From Polyangiaceae bacterium (GTDB lineage: Bacteria > Myxococcota_A > Polyangia > Polyangiales > Polyangiaceae): 64,000 bases of DNA. A program made the position numbers and the translations under genes. Of this stretch, positions 34,989 to 44,726 are shown piece after piece; position 1 is the first letter of the stretch, and each line of letters begins with the position of its first letter. Where the stretch lies: assembly GCA_035547195.1 (NCBI GenBank), contig DASZVB010000009.1, positions 2,122 to 66,121 on the forward strand. Direction: 5' to 3'. Below the pieces are notes generated by a model. It saw only the letters and a list, made by a program, of their open reading frames with translations, ran no database searches and was not told where the DNA came from.

Positions 34989-35411
34989 ATGGAGGAGAAT
35001 GCGCCCGTGCCTGAACGCACCCCCGAATCGATCGGCCGCCGCGGCCACGAGACCATCTTGCTCGTCGAAGACGAGATCCTGATCCTCCGCGTCGCCAGCG
35101 CCGCGCTGACCGCGCTCGGATACCGCGTGCTCACCGCGACGAACGCGCTCGACGCCATCGAGCTCGTGAAGAACATGACCGATCCGTTGCACCTCTTGGT
35201 GACCGACGTGATCATGCCCAAGATGGGAGGCCCGGATCTGGCGAAGCATCTCGTCGAGCTGCGCCCGGGGCTCAAGGTCCTGTTCAGCTCCGGCTATACG
35301 GAGAACGCCGTCGTCGATCACGGCGTGCTCGATCAGCGAGTGAACTTCCTTCAAAAGCCGTACACGCCGACGATCCTGGCGCGCCGCGTGCGCGAGGTCC
35401 TCGACGAGTAG
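34989..35411 (+). CDS. Stand-alone response-regulator receiver protein
   Basis: ILLVEDEILILRV...LLVTDVIMPKMGG...FSSGY...FLQKP are canonical REC motifs. The ATG at 34989 is preferred over the GTG at 34965. Confidence 0.85.
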   Translation: MEENAPVPERTPESIGRRGHETILLVEDEILILRVASAALTALGYRVLTATNALDAIELVKNMTDPLHLLVTDVIMPKMGGPDLAKHLVELRPGLKVLFSSGYTENAVVDHGVLDQRVNFLQKPYTPTILARRVREVLDE

Positions 35412-35455
35412 CGCCGTTCTCCACGATGCCGCGAGCGTGTGACGCGAAATCGTCG

Positions 35456-38400
35456 TCACACGGTGATGAAGCCGAACGCGTCGAGACCGCGCTCGCCGAT
35501 CACCCGGCCAAGCGCCTCGAAGACGTCCGTGGCGCCGACGAGCGCGAGCCCCGACTCGATCTCCAGGATGAGCCCGCCGACGATCTTACCGTCGGCCGGG
35601 CTCTGTAGAGCCACGAGACGACAACCGGCGGCCGTGGCGGCGGGCGCGAACATCCGCTCCCGACTCCCCGGCGTCGTACGCTGGCTCGCGCCGTCGACCG
35701 CGACGTCCAGCCAGCGGGCGAGCTCTTCGACCGAAGACGCCGGCGGCTCGTCGTTCGTGCTCGACCAGGCGAGGCGCAGCTCGCCCCCTTTCGAGACATA
35801 TAGATAGGCGCTCTTCGCCTTCGTCTTTCGCATCACGAAGTCGACCGCTACTTCGAAGGGCTCGTCGGAGTGGCTCAGGATCTCGTCCACCCGGAGCGGC
35901 CCCTGGCCCGACGAGAACCGGGGTTCGGCGATGGTCGCCGCGTCGGATGAAGCGAACGGCGAGGTCCGGAAGGCCGACACGGTGGCCCCGAACGAGTGAT
36001 GGTGCTCCCGAGCGGCGGACAGCGCCGCGCTGCTGCGGCTCGCGCGCTCGCAGCGAGCGACGAGCAACGGATTTTTCGTCCTGCGAAAGCAGCTCTCCAT
36101 TTCCGCGCGCTGCACCATCGCCGTGACGACGTCCTTTGCGCCCTCGGCGACTTGAGCCCGCGCTTCGTGCAGGAGGCCGACGAGCAGCGCGTTGCTCTGG
36201 CCGCCGTGCTCGGCGAGCAGCTCGTCCAAGAGAGCTGCCGCGCGATCGTGATTTCCGAGCCCGGATTCGGCGAGCGCGAGCTGCCGGCGCGCCTCCAGGA
36301 AACGAACGACGTAGCCGTCGTCTGCCGGGACCATGTTCGCCACGACCTCTTCGGCGATCGCCTTGGCGCGTTCGTACTCGCCGGCGGCGTTGAGCGCCCT
36401 GGCGAAGTACGCGCGGTTCGTCTCCCAACCGACTCGCCGGCGGCAGGGAAAGCTCGGCATCAGCCGCTCGTACAGAGAGATCGCCCCGGCCAGATCCCCG
36501 CGGAGCATCAAGTACGCCGCGCGCGCCGCTTCGGCCTGAGGCTTCAGGACCGCGACTTCCTGAGCGCGGCGCTCGAGCTGGACGTAGCGCCGGCGCGCGC
36601 CGATGGAGTCTCCGGTGAGCACGTCGGCGTTCAAGAGCAGCGCAGGCCAGAACACCTCGGCTTGCCAGGTCTGAGCGCCCTGGACGACGTCCTGCTCGAC
36701 GCGCTCCATGTACGTCTTCACCTCCGCCGACTCCCCGCGGAGCGCGTGATAGAGCATCCGAACCTGGTCGGCCGTGACGGCCCAGGCCTTCACTCCCAGG
36801 CTTTCCATGTGACGCGCCTCTTCGAGTGCTCGGTCGCCGAAGTGATAGCAGTCCAAGAGCCGGAGCATGAAGAGCACGCCGCCGCGAAGCGCGCGCGTGC
36901 GCGCCTCGCCGGCGCCCTCGACGACGGCGGGGTCCTCGAAGCGCGAGAGCGCGCGTTCCCAGACCGCGCGCGACTCGCTCTCGTTGCCGAGGACGTTCGC
37001 CTCGGCCACGGCGAACAGGTACATCGCGTGCGCCACGTGCTCCTCGCCGAAGAACGTGATCGGCGTGATCGCGCGGACGACACGGGCCACGGCGTCGGCG
37101 TCGAAACACGTCGCGTAGACGGCCACGCACGCCGGCACCATGCCGATGGTCGCGGCGAGCGCCGTCCTCGAGTCGTAACCGATGGCGTCCGCGGCGTGCT
37201 CCGCGAAACCCTTCGCACCGAAGGCGAGACCGCGCTTCAACGCTTCTCGACGGCCGAGCTCCGGCGCAAGCTCCGCGGCGCGCGCAAGGCCGGTGATGCG
37301 GATCCCGATCTCGATGGCCCGCTCGCCGTATTCGAGCATGAACTGCCAGTTTCCCGAATAGTACGCGAGCGGCATCAACGGAAAGAGCAGCGCTCCGAGC
37401 TCGTAATCCGACCGACCTTGCTCGTCGTACGCGCGCACCAGCCGGCACAGCGCGCGCACGAGACGGTCCGCGTTGCGATGCGTACCCGCGCCCGCGGCGA
37501 AATCGCGAGCCGCGCCGACGAGTATGCGCGCCCCGAGCTGCTCTTCTCCGGCGTTCACCAGATGAAGCGCGGCCTCGACCCGCTCGACCACGCCGCTCGC
37601 CTCCGATTCGAGCAGGGCTTCCGCCGCGCGTAGCCGGTTCTTCCGGAGCACATCGGGATCGGTCCGCGACAGGACGGCCTCGCGGATGGCGTCGTGACGG
37701 AAGCGGTACCCGTCGCCTTCGCTCACCAGCACCTGCTCGGCGAGCAGCTCGTCGAGAGCCGCGTGGGTGCGTCCTTCGCCGGCGAGCTCGCTCAGCGAAA
37801 GGATGCGCGCGAGCGATACGGCGCCGGAGTGGACCGCCAGGCTCTCCGCCAGCGCGATCGCGTCGGGACCGAGATCCGACAGCCGCGCGGCGAGGATTTC
37901 CTCGGAGCGAGCGGGGAGCTCGTCTTCGGCGACGTCGAGCGGCAAGACCCAGCTGCCGGCCTCGTACTTCGCGATCTTTCGCTTCACCATGAGCTGCGCG
38001 AGCTCGATGAACTGGCGTGGAACTCCGCCGCTGCGCTGCCACAAGAGGCTCCCGACGCGCCCGGCGTTGGCGGCTCCTCCGAAGAGTCCGTTCGAGAGCT
38101 GCTCGCAGGCGTTCGCGTCGAGGCTCGGAAGCTTCAGGCGCTGCGCCTGTTCTCGAAGCATTCGCACCGTCTCCGGCGCGGTCACGCTCGCCCCCGTCCG
38201 CAGCGTCGTGAGCACGAGCAAGCGCGAAGCGCGGCTCCTTTGCCCGAGAGCGAGGAGAAACGACGCCGAGTCGTCGTCGGCCGCGTGGACGTTGTCCACC
38301 CATATGAACATCGCCCGCTCGCGGCTCGCCGCGAGGAACCACTCTCGGAGCGCCGCGTGGGCTCGAACTCGGTCGTCGCCGGCGTCGCTCGGTTGCACGC

Positions 38401-39595
38401 CGGAGGTGGCGCCGCCGAGCGAGTCGGCGAGCTCCGGAGCGAGCTTGCGGAGGACGCCGGCGTGCGGTTCCGCGGCGCGCCGGGCGATCTCCGGGCACGC
38501 CTCGAAGAGCCGGCGCGTGAGCGCGGTCGCCGCGCCGAAGCTCTCGTGCGTGGACTCGGCGTCGGCCCGGAGCGTAACCGCGCCCTTCAAGGTCGCCGTG
38601 AGGCCCAGCTCGTTCGCGAGTCGGGTCTTGCCGATTCCGATGGGCCCCTCGACCAGCACCTCACCGCCCTTGCCTTCCAGCGCTTGCTCGATGCGCCGGA
38701 CCGCCCAATCGATCTGCGCGGCGCGTCCGACCATTGGACTGGACAGAAAATAGCTCTGCTCCGCTCGCTCGTGCGCTTCGGGCGGAAGGTTCCCGATCAC
38801 CGTGAGCTGGTCGATGACCGCCGCGGCCGTCTCCGGGCGTCCGAGCGGATCTTGGCTCAGCATCGAGAGGAGCAGGCGCTCGAGCTCCTCGGGGACGTGC
38901 GGGACGAGCTCGGACGGCGGCACCGGAGGCGTCTGCCAGAGCCCCGGCAGCTCGCTGACGTCCCGCGCCGAAAACGCGGGACGCCCCGTCAGGCAAAAGT
39001 AGCCGACGGCGCCGAGCGAGTAGAGATCCGTCCGCGGATCCAGCGGCCACTGGTGCAAGATCTCCGGCGCCATGAACGCCGGCGTCCCGATGATCTCCGT
39101 GTTCACGCCGAACGACGCCAGGGCCCCGAAGTCGAGCAAGCGCGCGGTGCCGTCGGCGGTGACGCGCACGTTGCGCGGGCTCACGTCGCGGTGCACGAGC
39201 CGTTGTGCGTGCAGCAACGCGAGCGACGACGCCACGTCGCGGAGGTGCCGGCACACGTCCGCGTACGGCAGCTGCTGGAGCTGCACGAGGTCGCTCCCTT
39301 CGAGGAGCTCCATCGTGTAGTAAGGCCCCTCGGCGGTGACGCCGTAGTCGTACACCTCGATGATGCGCGGGTGCTTCAGCCGGACCAGGGTGTGATATTC
39401 GCGCTCGAAGAGCGCCTCCAGAGTCTTTGCGCGCTTGCCGGCCTTGGCCGAGAGCAGCTGCTTGAACGCAACGACTCGCCCGGTCACCTGGTCGCGCGCG
39501 CGATATACGACGCCGACGCCGCCCGCGCCGAGGCGATCGAGCATCGCGTATCGATCGGCCATCAAACGCGAATCGGACGAATCGGCTTCGGTCAT
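35456..39595 (-). CDS. Ser/Thr kinase + AAA_16/STAND-type NTPase + long helical repeat region + GAF-like C-terminus (copy B)
   Basis: The ATG at 39595 is preferred; the track start at 39610 is TTG. Kinase motifs: GAGGVGVVYRA, VAFKQL, HRDVSPRN (39170-39193), DFG, APE. P-loop GPIGIGKT (38624-38647). Walker-B-like FIWVDN (38291-38308). Then >600 aa of helical/TPR-like sequence. The C-terminal ~150 aa (AYLYVSKGGELRLAWSS...GGLILEIE) are GAF-like. Confidence 0.9.
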   Translation of the reverse strand: MTEADSSDSRLMADRYAMLDRLGAGGVGVVYRARDQVTGRVVAFKQLLSAKAGKRAKTLEALFEREYHTLVRLKHPRIIEVYDYGVTAEGPYYTMELLEGSDLVQLQQLPYADVCRHLRDVASSLALLHAQRLVHRDVSPRNVRVTADGTARLLDFGALASFGVNTEIIGTPAFMAPEILHQWPLDPRTDLYSLGAVGYFCLTGRPAFSARDVSELPGLWQTPPVPPSELVPHVPEELERLLLSMLSQDPLGRPETAAAVIDQLTVIGNLPPEAHERAEQSYFLSSPMVGRAAQIDWAVRRIEQALEGKGGEVLVEGPIGIGKTRLANELGLTATLKGAVTLRADAESTHESFGAATALTRRLFEACPEIARRAAEPHAGVLRKLAPELADSLGGATSGVQPSDAGDDRVRAHAALREWFLAASRERAMFIWVDNVHAADDDSASFLLALGQRSRASRLLVLTTLRTGASVTAPETVRMLREQAQRLKLPSLDANACEQLSNGLFGGAANAGRVGSLLWQRSGGVPRQFIELAQLMVKRKIAKYEAGSWVLPLDVAEDELPARSEEILAARLSDLGPDAIALAESLAVHSGAVSLARILSLSELAGEGRTHAALDELLAEQVLVSEGDGYRFRHDAIREAVLSRTDPDVLRKNRLRAAEALLESEASGVVERVEAALHLVNAGEEQLGARILVGAARDFAAGAGTHRNADRLVRALCRLVRAYDEQGRSDYELGALLFPLMPLAYYSGNWQFMLEYGERAIEIGIRITGLARAAELAPELGRREALKRGLAFGAKGFAEHAADAIGYDSRTALAATIGMVPACVAVYATCFDADAVARVVRAITPITFFGEEHVAHAMYLFAVAEANVLGNESESRAVWERALSRFEDPAVVEGAGEARTRALRGGVLFMLRLLDCYHFGDRALEEARHMESLGVKAWAVTADQVRMLYHALRGESAEVKTYMERVEQDVVQGAQTWQAEVFWPALLLNADVLTGDSIGARRRYVQLERRAQEVAVLKPQAEAARAAYLMLRGDLAGAISLYERLMPSFPCRRRVGWETNRAYFARALNAAGEYERAKAIAEEVVANMVPADDGYVVRFLEARRQLALAESGLGNHDRAAALLDELLAEHGGQSNALLVGLLHEARAQVAEGAKDVVTAMVQRAEMESCFRRTKNPLLVARCERASRSSAALSAAREHHHSFGATVSAFRTSPFASSDAATIAEPRFSSGQGPLRVDEILSHSDEPFEVAVDFVMRKTKAKSAYLYVSKGGELRLAWSSTNDEPPASSVEELARWLDVAVDGASQRTTPGSRERMFAPAATAAGCRLVALQSPADGKIVGGLILEIESGLALVGATDVFEALGRVIGERGLDAFGFITV

Positions 39596-39599
39596 CGGC

Positions 39600-42500
39600 T
39601 CAGAACGCAATCGCGTCCCCCGCGGTGAGCAGAACGTCGGCGAGCACGTTCAGAACCGGAGCCTCGACGACGCGCGCGCGCTCGTTCTTGCAGTCCAGCA
39701 CCGCTACTCCCGCGACCACCGGCTCGTCGCCGCGCGAGGTCATCAAGCCGACGAGGGCGAAGCGATGACCGAACAGCGCCGAGGCGCCGTCGGTCGTGGT
39801 CTCGTCCTCCGATCCTCCCCAGAACGAACGCACCCACTTGTCCAGGTACTCTTCCGTCTCGGGGGGCGGCGGCTCGTTCGAGCGCGACGCGGCGAGCAAG
39901 GGGCCGTCGGACTGGTTCACGTACAGGTAGCCCTTCGAAACGCCGGAGTGCTGGAGCATCGTGGCGAGCACGCGCTTCGCCCGTTCGTCGGCGCCCCGGC
40001 AGAGCTCGAGCTCCGTGCGCAACCTGGGATCGAGCTCCGGCGCCCGCGGCCGTATGCGAATGGTCCCGATCGCCGCGTCGACGGGTTCGAACCCCGCCCC
40101 GAGAGAGAGGCGCAGGAGCGACGAGAGCTTCGTCGCGAACGCGACGCTGTCGACCTTCACCGCGAGGTCGCCGACCTTCTTCGCCGCTAGCTCGAACGCC
40201 GCTCCATCCTCGAGCACCTGCGCGACCTGCGCGCGTTCGGCGTAGATTTCCATCAAGAGGATGCCGGCCATCCGCCGTTCGCCGGCGCGAGCTACCACGT
40301 CGTCGGCTCGCCGTACCGCGACGTCGCGCGCGCCGGATCGCGCTTCCGCGATGGCGAGCGCCATCTCGAGCAGGTCCATGTAAGGCGGAAGCTGGGGGTG
40401 CTCCTCGCACTGGGCGAGCGCTTCGCGGCAAAGCGCCTTCGACTCATCGACGCGATCCAGCGAAAGGAGCAGCCGAGCGACGCGATTGACCGCCAGGATC
40501 CAGGCCCCGTGCCGGCCCGGCGAAACGAGCGCGAGCGCCTGTCGACAGAGGTCGAGCCCCTTTTCGAGATCGCCGCGGATCGAGTGGTACGTGCCGGCGA
40601 CGATCAGGGAGTACGGCTTCCAGTCGGGCCAGCGCTCGGCGCGTACCTCCATCTCCGGCATCAGGCGCTTGAGCGCCATCAGGTCGCCGAGGATGACGTA
40701 GGCCACGGATTCCATCACCATTCCGGATTCGATCTGGCGATCCACGTCGGATCGATCGACGCGCGCGAGGTCGCGCCTCCGCCGACACGCCTCGGCCCGC
40801 TTCTCGGCGCCCTGGAAGAGGTGCGCGATCATCTGCACCTGATACGCGAGCGGCGCGTAGGTCGCGCTCTGCGCGAGCGGCTCGATGCGCTCGAACACCA
40901 CGGCCGGCTCGGCGACGGCGTCCTGGGTCCCCTGGTGGAACAGCAACGTCAACCGGAACGCGTTGCGATACACGTCGTCCAGGCCTTCGACCGGCGCGGC
41001 GAGGCGTTCGAGGGCGCGGAGCCGGATCTCGGCGGGCGCCGTGGTGCGGCGGGCCGCCGCCACGCAGGAAACGATGTCGGCTACGACCGCCATCGCCGGC
41101 GACAGCGGCCGCAGCCGATCGATGTTCGGGCCGAGGGCGGCGATGGCGGCCGCGTCGTACGCACAACCGTACGCAGCGCACAGCAGGGTGGTGGAGGTGG
41201 CGAGCTCGCGCGCCGCTTGTCCCGGAGGCAACCCGCGGTCCTCCGGCGGCGTCGCCTCGTGGACCGCGATCGCTCGTCCTATGCAACGCAGGATCCGTTC
41301 GCGCGGATCGGCGACGTCGTGGAAGTCGTCCCAGTACACGAGCCCCGTGTCCTTCTGAAGGCGACCGAGCACCGTCGGCGCGTGGCGGATCAAGCGTGGA
41401 TCGACGCTGGCCCCCAGGCCGAGCAGCGTCCTTCCCACGAGGATCAGCTGGGCCGGAGAGGCGTCGTGCGCGACCGCCCAGTCGAAGAGCTCGTCGAAGA
41501 ACGCAGCGCCGGATTTCGACCGCAAAAAGCTCCAGCCTCGAACCTCGAGCTCGCGCCGGTTCGAGACGAACGCCGCGAACGTCGCGAACGCGCGCCGTGG
41601 ATCGCCGGCCAAGTACTCGTGATACGCCGCGACGGCGGTGGCTGGAGTTCTCCCCGACACGTAGGCGCGCGCGAGGCGATCGTGCAACTCGGAAACGCGC
41701 GCAGCCGGGATCCCGCGCGTCACGGCGCGCCTCAGGGCGTCGTGCGAGAAGCGGTACGTCGCGCCGCGCGCCGTGAGGACCGAGGCCGCGACGAGCTCCC
41801 GGAGGCCGTCGAAGACGCGCGGCGCGTCCGAGCGATCGACGAGCTCGGGGTACTCTTCGACGAACAGCGGCTCCTCCGACATGAGGGCCAGCGCTTGGGC
41901 GAGGGCGCGTCCGATGGGACTCAACGCGGCGACGGATTGATCGAGCGCCTGATCGAGACTGCTCGGCAGATCCAGGCCTTGCAGCGACGCCGGCAATACC
42001 CAACCGCCGTGCTCGTAACGGGCCACGCCTCGATCGACCAGGTGGTGCGCGAGCGAAAGCGCGATACGCGGACTGCCTTCCGCCAGCGAATGGACCCAGC
42101 CGGCGACGTCCTCGACGTGCGGCACGTCGCCGAACACCGACTTCAAGAGCTCGTACGTGTGAGTCGGCCGCAGCGCCCTGAGCAAGTGCGAGCTGCCGAA
42201 TTGCCGGAACCGCTGAACGGCGGATATCGACGAGTCCGGCTCGGCCGTCAACAGGACGAGAAGACGTCGCGTCGGCGCCGCCTCGGAGAGCTTCGCGAGC
42301 ACGGAGAGCGACGCATCGTCGCATTGCTCGACGTCGTCGACGCCGACCGCGAGCGGAACCTCCGACGTGACCTCCATGAGCCACGACGATACCGCCTCGA
42401 CGATCTCCGGCCATTGCTCGCGCGGCGCCGTTTTAGTATCCGCGCCCTCCCCGCCGAGGCGCGCGAGCACGCCGGAAGCACGCTGGCTTCCGTTCGCGAG

Positions 42501-43610
42501 CGCGCCGCTCGTCTCGAGCAAACGGCGGACGAGAGCGCGCACCACGGCGAAGGGACCAGCCCGACCCTGCTCGCCCTCGGCGTAGAGCGCGACCATGCCT
42601 TCGAGCTTCGCTTCCGTCAGGAAGGTCGAGAGCAACCGCGAGCGTCCGTAGCCGCTGCTGCCCTCGACGAGCAAGCTCGAGCCCTCGCGCCGCATCGCGC
42701 GAAGCAAGCGTCTGCGAAAGCGCAGCACGGCGTCGTCTCTTCCGACCAGGGTCGGCGTGACCAGATACGCTTGCGCGATGTCCGGCGCGTCGGCGACCTC
42801 GAGGTCCGCGATGGCCGTGAGGCGATCGAACACCTCCGCGGCGCTGCCGGCGCGCGCGAGCGGATTCAGCGACAGGAGCGAGAGCACGAGCTCGTCGAGC
42901 GCGCGGGGGATCTCCGGAACGTAGCTCGAAGGCGCTTCGAGCCGCAGACTCCACAAGCCGTACAGGTCGGAAAACGACGTCGCGGGAAAGGCGTGTCGCC
43001 CGGTCACGAGCCAATACGAGAGGGCCCCGAGCGAGAACAGATCCGATCGCGCGTCGAGCGGCTGTCCGGCGAGGCTCTCGGGCGAGACGAACGGCGCCGT
43101 GCCGACGACTTCGTGCGCGACGCCCATCGGGCACAGCGCTCCGAAGTCGAGCAGCTTCGCCTTGCCGTCGAGCGTGCGGCGCACGTTCCGCGCGGTGACG
43201 TCACGATGCACGAGACGTCGCGAATGCACCAGCGCGAGCGCGGAGGCGACGTCGCGCAAGAGCGAGCACGCTTCTTTCCAGGCGATCGGCCCGAGCGCCA
43301 CGAGGTCGTCGCCCGAGAGCAGATCCATCGTGTAGTAGGGCAGCTCGCCGTCGACGGCGTAGTCGTGCGCGCGGATGATGAGCGGGTGCGTGAGCTGCGC
43401 GAGCGAAGCGTACTCACGCCGGAAGCGCGACGTCGCGCCGGGTTTGTCGACGACCGACGGCAAGAGCCGCTTCAGCGCCAGTGTGCGCCCCTGCGTGACG
43501 TCGACGACCTCGTACACCGACGCCGTTCCGCCGGAGCCGATCAGACGAACGACGCGATATCGACCAGCAACGTGTTCCCCGACGCACGAGTCGTTCGTCC
43601 GTGAATGCAT
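39600..43610 (-). CDS. Ser/Thr kinase + AAA_16/STAND-type NTPase + long helical repeat region + GAF-like C-terminus (copy A)
   Basis: The ATG at 43610 is preferred; the track start at 43679 is TTG. Kinase motifs: GSGGTASVYEV, LALKRL, HRDVTARN (43185-43208), DFG, SPE. The P-loop is degenerate, GSSGYGRS (42639-42662). Walker B is AVGVDD (42333-42350). Long helical region; the C-terminus (GYLYVNQSDGPLLAASRS...GVAVLDC) is GAF-like. Confidence 0.9.
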   Translation of the reverse strand: MHSRTNDSCVGEHVAGRYRVVRLIGSGGTASVYEVVDVTQGRTLALKRLLPSVVDKPGATSRFRREYASLAQLTHPLIIRAHDYAVDGELPYYTMDLLSGDDLVALGPIAWKEACSLLRDVASALALVHSRRLVHRDVTARNVRRTLDGKAKLLDFGALCPMGVAHEVVGTAPFVSPESLAGQPLDARSDLFSLGALSYWLVTGRHAFPATSFSDLYGLWSLRLEAPSSYVPEIPRALDELVLSLLSLNPLARAGSAAEVFDRLTAIADLEVADAPDIAQAYLVTPTLVGRDDAVLRFRRRLLRAMRREGSSLLVEGSSGYGRSRLLSTFLTEAKLEGMVALYAEGEQGRAGPFAVVRALVRRLLETSGALANGSQRASGVLARLGGEGADTKTAPREQWPEIVEAVSSWLMEVTSEVPLAVGVDDVEQCDDASLSVLAKLSEAAPTRRLLVLLTAEPDSSISAVQRFRQFGSSHLLRALRPTHTYELLKSVFGDVPHVEDVAGWVHSLAEGSPRIALSLAHHLVDRGVARYEHGGWVLPASLQGLDLPSSLDQALDQSVAALSPIGRALAQALALMSEEPLFVEEYPELVDRSDAPRVFDGLRELVAASVLTARGATYRFSHDALRRAVTRGIPAARVSELHDRLARAYVSGRTPATAVAAYHEYLAGDPRRAFATFAAFVSNRRELEVRGWSFLRSKSGAAFFDELFDWAVAHDASPAQLILVGRTLLGLGASVDPRLIRHAPTVLGRLQKDTGLVYWDDFHDVADPRERILRCIGRAIAVHEATPPEDRGLPPGQAARELATSTTLLCAAYGCAYDAAAIAALGPNIDRLRPLSPAMAVVADIVSCVAAARRTTAPAEIRLRALERLAAPVEGLDDVYRNAFRLTLLFHQGTQDAVAEPAVVFERIEPLAQSATYAPLAYQVQMIAHLFQGAEKRAEACRRRRDLARVDRSDVDRQIESGMVMESVAYVILGDLMALKRLMPEMEVRAERWPDWKPYSLIVAGTYHSIRGDLEKGLDLCRQALALVSPGRHGAWILAVNRVARLLLSLDRVDESKALCREALAQCEEHPQLPPYMDLLEMALAIAEARSGARDVAVRRADDVVARAGERRMAGILLMEIYAERAQVAQVLEDGAAFELAAKKVGDLAVKVDSVAFATKLSSLLRLSLGAGFEPVDAAIGTIRIRPRAPELDPRLRTELELCRGADERAKRVLATMLQHSGVSKGYLYVNQSDGPLLAASRSNEPPPPETEEYLDKWVRSFWGGSEDETTTDGASALFGHRFALVGLMTSRGDEPVVAGVAVLDCKNERARVVEAPVLNVLADVLLTAGDAIAF

Positions 43611-44070
43611 GGATTGCGGCGCGCTCGAGAGAGACCTCCGGCAAGAGGCTCGACCGAGTCTCTCTTCGCAACACGGCAAGACGCGCGTGCGCTTAATGTA
43701 AGTATGGCTTTCGCGATAGCGGGCGACTCAGGAGCCGCCGTCACTCTTTCCGCAGGGCCAGTCGTCGGGAACGGGCCTCGTCGGATCCAGCGTGAAATCG
43801 CGCTCGAGCGGGCCCGCATACACATCCGGGTGCAGGTGGTCCCGAGCCGGGGATCGCTCGCCCAAACTACCCGGGAGATGGCCATTCGGTCACCAGGCGC
43901 GGGATGCGCGGAGAGGGCCGATGGCCAGGGCCGAAATGCCACGCGTGCCGCAAACCCTGGCGCGACGTCGCAACCGGTTGGCGGCGCCAACTTTCGCTCG
44001 TCGCGGTTTTGCGCGCTTCCACGAGCTCGTCTGACTAGAAAGACCGTTCACCGACGGCTCGGCACATCAT

Positions 44071-44718
44071 ATGCAACTGAGAGGAGCCGTGATCCATCGC
44101 TCAGAGCTCCTGGAGCACGTGCGCGAAGGCGGCGACTTCGCAGCGGGTCACGCCGAAGCGGCCGTCACGGCGACGCTGGACGCGCTCGGCGCGGCGCTCT
44201 TGCAAAGCGAGAAGCGGACCTTCGCCGAGGCGCTGTCGTCCGATCTGGCGAGCATCGTTCTTTCGGCGCACGCCCCCAAAGCGCCGCTCGATCTCGATGG
44301 GTTTTACCGGCGCGTTCAGCGACACGAAGCGGTACGTCCAGGTCGCGCCCGAGAGCACGCGCAGATCGTCTGTCGAGCGCTCGCGGAGCTCCTTCCGGCA
44401 GAGCGCGTCGCGCTTCTCACGAAGCACGTGCCGTGGCTCGAACCGTTGCTGGAGGTGGATGAAATCGCGCCGTCGCCCCCCGCGCCGGACGTCCTCAGAC
44501 GTCCTTCTCCGACCAACACACTTGCCGTAGGAAAACCCGGAAGCCAAACGCCGTTGTCGGCTGGCGTTCCGGATCGCGCGCAATCGGGATCCATCGCGGC
44601 GTCGAACGATCCGCACGGCGACACGAAGCTCTCGTCCAGCCGAGGCACGACGCAGGAACGCGAGAACGAAACGCTCGCCACGGGTCACCCCGGATCGAAG
44701 CGTCCGCTCTCGGGTTAG
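44071..44718 (+). CDS. DUF2267-like protein
   Basis: 215 aa, ATG start. It has two helical half-repeats of the type ...AEAAVTATLDALGAALLQSEKRTFAEALSSDL... and ...EHAQIVCRALAELLPAERVALLTKHVP.... The tail carries repeated G(K/H)PGSxxPLS. Confidence 0.65.
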   Translation: MQLRGAVIHRSELLEHVREGGDFAAGHAEAAVTATLDALGAALLQSEKRTFAEALSSDLASIVLSAHAPKAPLDLDGFYRRVQRHEAVRPGRAREHAQIVCRALAELLPAERVALLTKHVPWLEPLLEVDEIAPSPPAPDVLRRPSPTNTLAVGKPGSQTPLSAGVPDRAQSGSIAASNDPHGDTKLSSSRGTTQERENETLATGHPGSKRPLSG

Positions 44719-44726
44719 ATTTCCGA

